Shown in pieces: positions 61,147 through 64,000 of a stretch of DNA of 64,000 nucleotides. The notes beneath the pieces were generated by a model. That model did not search any database and was not told the origin of the DNA. It saw only the letters and a list, made by a program, of their open reading frames with translations. Within the stretch, counting starts at the first letter, position 1. Every line of letters starts with the position of its first letter. Made by a program: the position numbers and the translations under genes. This DNA comes from Macrostomum hystrix (lineage: Eukaryota; Animalia; Platyhelminthes): assembly GCA_950097015.1 (NCBI GenBank), contig CATNEN010000039.1:7006001-7070000 (forward strand). Reading direction: 5' to 3'.

Positions 61147-64000
61147 ATGTCTGCTGTGGTTCAAAGAAGTACTAGTCAAAGCGCGAGCTCCTCATCTAAG
61201 TTTCGGAAGCCGGAGTTAATATTTCGTATTGATAAGCTTGTTTCCGGAGATCCATTAAATGATTTTGCGATTTTGCCAAAGGAGACTGGTATTATTGCCG
61301 TTTATGAAGATCGGTAAGAGCCTTTATATGTATTTATTTCGTTTTCAACAGAAATATTACAAAACACAACTTAGGCCTACTACAAGCAAATACACTTTGA
61401 AGATTTTTTAGAACAGAACCATACTTATGTTCATTGTGTTCGAACTCATACATGTAAATATATATACATGTATATGTTTGCACATAAGAGGTTGTAGCCT
61501 AGTAAGAGGTTGTAGCCTAGTAAGAGGTTGTAGCCTAGTAAGAGGTTGTAGCCTAGTAAGAGGTTGTAGCCTAGTAAGAGGTTGTAGCCTAGTGGTTAGA
61601 GCATCGGACTCACGACTTGAAGGATGGGGGTTCGATTCCCGACTCCACTGGAAAAATTTGCGTCCTTGAGCAAGACACTTAACTCTGCATTGCTTCAGTT
61701 CACCCAGCTGTTAAATGGGTACCAGCATCAGTTGGGATTATTGAAGGTGGATGTGGTGTCCCCCCAGTCCATGGACTAAACAGCTGTATGTAGCATTCAG
61801 ATGTGTGGCGCATTAGCTGCGGCTGTCGACTGCACATCTGATCCAATTGGGGCAGGTGTAGTCAATTAATATTAATTATTGTTATATATACAGGCAATCA
61901 GATGGCACAGCTCCTATCCCAAAACATAAATGTTGCTGTCACTATGCCTAATGATTAACAGTTTGGTTACCATAATATTACAGCCACACCAGATATAGTA
62001 CATTTGCTAAAGTACATAACTCGACGTTTAAGTATTCCATGATAAACATTTTACATTGTCATACACCAGCTGAAAGCAAAAATATATTTGTACTATACAC
62101 ACTGTACACCTAGACCTGGTAGTATAGTAGGCCTAGCCCACTGCTACAATTTTGACTTCTGCATCAAATGAATAATGAATCTGCATCAAATTTTAACATA
62201 TCATTTGTCCTGGGCTAATGGGTCAAATGTGGCTCCAATAAAAAATGCCATGTCAGGAACACCAGTCTAGAAACTTTTGCAGCACTACTCATATATCTTT
62301 CACTGTGTGTTGGATGCCAGAAACAATTATTTGCCTAATGCATCAGATTTTGCTGTGCTTATCCGGTAACAGGACAATTCGGTAACAGACAATTCGGTAA
62401 CAGACAGTTCGGTAACACCACAGGACAGTTCGGTAGGGCCTAACATATCAAGGTACAGTTCGGTAACAATTGATTAAACTGGATCGGAAGGGTTCTTTGC
62501 GAAATTATTTTATATTTAGTTCGGTGAAGTTACAAAGTAAAGTCAATAGCACTTCGAACCATATTTAGCTTTTCGAAATATGAGTATAAGGTTGCATTTT
62601 GCATGTTACATATTTCACATTTGGGCGTCAAATAGTGACAATGTACCGTCATCAAGTCATTCATACAGTCATCAAAAAAGGCCAAATTTCGTGTGATCAC
62701 ACAATTTGCACTAATTTTTCATCCCTTTTGTATACATCCCTTTGAACGAGCCTTTACCATACTTGCACACTCTAAATGACGTGTCAGTTTCAGATACATC
62801 AGTAACATCAGTCAGTTGTGTCCTAGCAACGATAGTAGAAACATTGTTAGAACAAACCTAGATTGATTTTATTGACTTTCAATTGTTACCGAACTGTCCC
62901 CAGTGTGTTACCAAACTGTCTCCTGTATGTTACTGAACTGTCCTTGAGTGTTACCGAACTGTCTGTTACCGAACTGTCTGTTACCGAACTGTCCTGTATT
63001 CGCTTATCCCATGGTCCCATGCTGATAATTCATATCCTGGTTAATTTGTCAACTAGCTATTTCTAAATTAAGTTAATAAATTAACTAATGTTTTTGGTCT
63101 CATTTATATTGCAGTTGACTAAGTGACTAAACTAGTTCAAGTTAAGTTTTGTAATGTAAGTTTTAATGGCTAATGTAATGACTCTAAAGCAGAAATTAGT
63201 GATTTCATCATAATTTAATTTCCTGTAAGTTACTCTTGTAAATTGTGATAAGTGCATAATTTTATTGCTTACATATAAATATAATGTGTTTCTATAAAAA
63301 ATTAAAATAGTATATACTATAACAATCTTAACAGAATGTCATATTTAGTGAAAATATTAAATCACCAATTTCAAGATTTTCTATGAATAACTTTTTGTAT
63401 TAGCCAAACAGGCGTCTTGCCTGTAAATTGTGCAACTAGAACAAACTGCACATTAAACAGCAGAGCAAACTTTGTGGTTTATTTATAGTTTTTTTACTAT
63501 TGCACACATATGAGTGGGGCCTTTGCTGGTTATCATACATGTGCAACATCCTAGCCAAATCTGCCTGCTGAAACAAGTACAAGAGAAACCAAGGAGATAA
63601 GGATATTGGACTAAAGAATTGTGTTCCTAAGTCATAAAGAGAGCAAAGAAACCAGCTAAGTTGTAGGTGAGGTAATACTAATTGAGCCACAGCTATTGTG
63701 TGGTCTATCTGAAGGCTGCATATGTGGCTGTTTATACACATTTTTCTTTTAGCTAGCTTACCACGCTTGTATATTGTCTTAGCCTAAAGTCGAAAGTAAA
63801 TAAGATATGCAATTATTTTTATTTGTACATTTTTTACTAACAGCGACTATGAACCTTATCAGAACTGTCAAGGTCTTTACTTAGGCCCTGTAATTAAACC
63901 TTCCTGCTAGGCTCATGCAGAAAGCATTGGCATTTTCTATTGATGCAAGATAATTTGAATTTTTATGAAATGTTCTTATTACAGATCAGTTCGCGTTCTG
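61147..64000 (+). CDS. WDFY2: WD repeat and FYVE domain protein WDFY1/2, 5' part (exon 1 61147-61313; exon 2 starts 63985 and runs off the window)
   Basis: Not in the ORF track. MSAVVQ...RKPELIFRIDKL...NDFAILPKETGIIAVYEDR|SVRVL matches the WDFY1/2 N-terminus (RKP.LL...PKEEGVISVSEDRTVRVWL). CG|GTAAG ... TACAG|A, phase 2. Confidence 0.85.
61486..61885 (+). mobile_element. Full-length tRNA/CORE SINE with a six-fold tandem-amplified 5' end
   Basis: (AAGAGGTTGTAGCCTAGT)x6, then GGTTAGAGCATCGGACTC, B box GGTTCGATTCC, CORE-like block, AT-rich tail. Confidence 0.9.
62364..63002. mobile_element. MITE with subterminal GACAGTTCGGTAACA repeats, in WDFY intron 1
   Basis: Left end ACAGGACAATTCGGTAACAGACAATTCGGTAAC, right end GTTACCGAACTGTCTGTTACCGAACTGTCCTGT. 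Flanking direct repeat CTTATC (6 bp) or GCTTATCC (8 bp), depending on where the ends are placed. Confidence 0.88.

Noticed and set aside
61576-61650. tRNA gene
   Set aside because: It has A and B boxes but continues into a shared SINE body present in several copies. No convincing acceptor stem or poly-T terminator.
63534-63550. CATACATGTGCAAC, same as the hAT MITE terminus at 2338
   Set aside because: Isolated 14-16 bp match with no partner TIR or TSD in the window.

Overview
Eukaryotic (invertebrate) genomic DNA, rich in introns and transposons. Repeat style and gene content suggest a free-living flatworm such as Macrostomum, but this is inference only. Host genes, reconstructed by hand across splice sites: KCMF1 (+); an atypical, probably GTPase-deficient Rho (-); FAXDC2-like fatty acid hydroxylase (+), whose 8.1 kb intron holds a long-TIR mariner with a BEL/Pao LTR element nested inside; an intronless secreted M13 neprilysin-like peptidase with an altered third zinc ligand; three tandem CUB + C-type-lectin single-pass receptor genes interleaved with two orphan SAM-methyltransferase genes and a possible spliced gag-derived mini-gene; a phospholipid scramblase; a 7-exon CAP/SCP-EGF surface protein with an inverted, internally deleted copy; a C2H2 zinc-finger gene; and the first exons of WDFY1/2. 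Repeats include a second decayed BEL element, Gypsy, Tc1/IS630 and LINE fragments, a CORE-type tRNA SINE family, several MITEs, and minisatellites including a 2 kb 20-bp satellite. No CRISPR arrays, rRNA or true tRNA genes were seen. The best candidates for new biology are the lectin-receptor/methyltransferase cluster, the minisatellite built from a splice acceptor, the satellite related to MITE subterminal repeats, and the catalytic-site variants of Rho and neprilysin.
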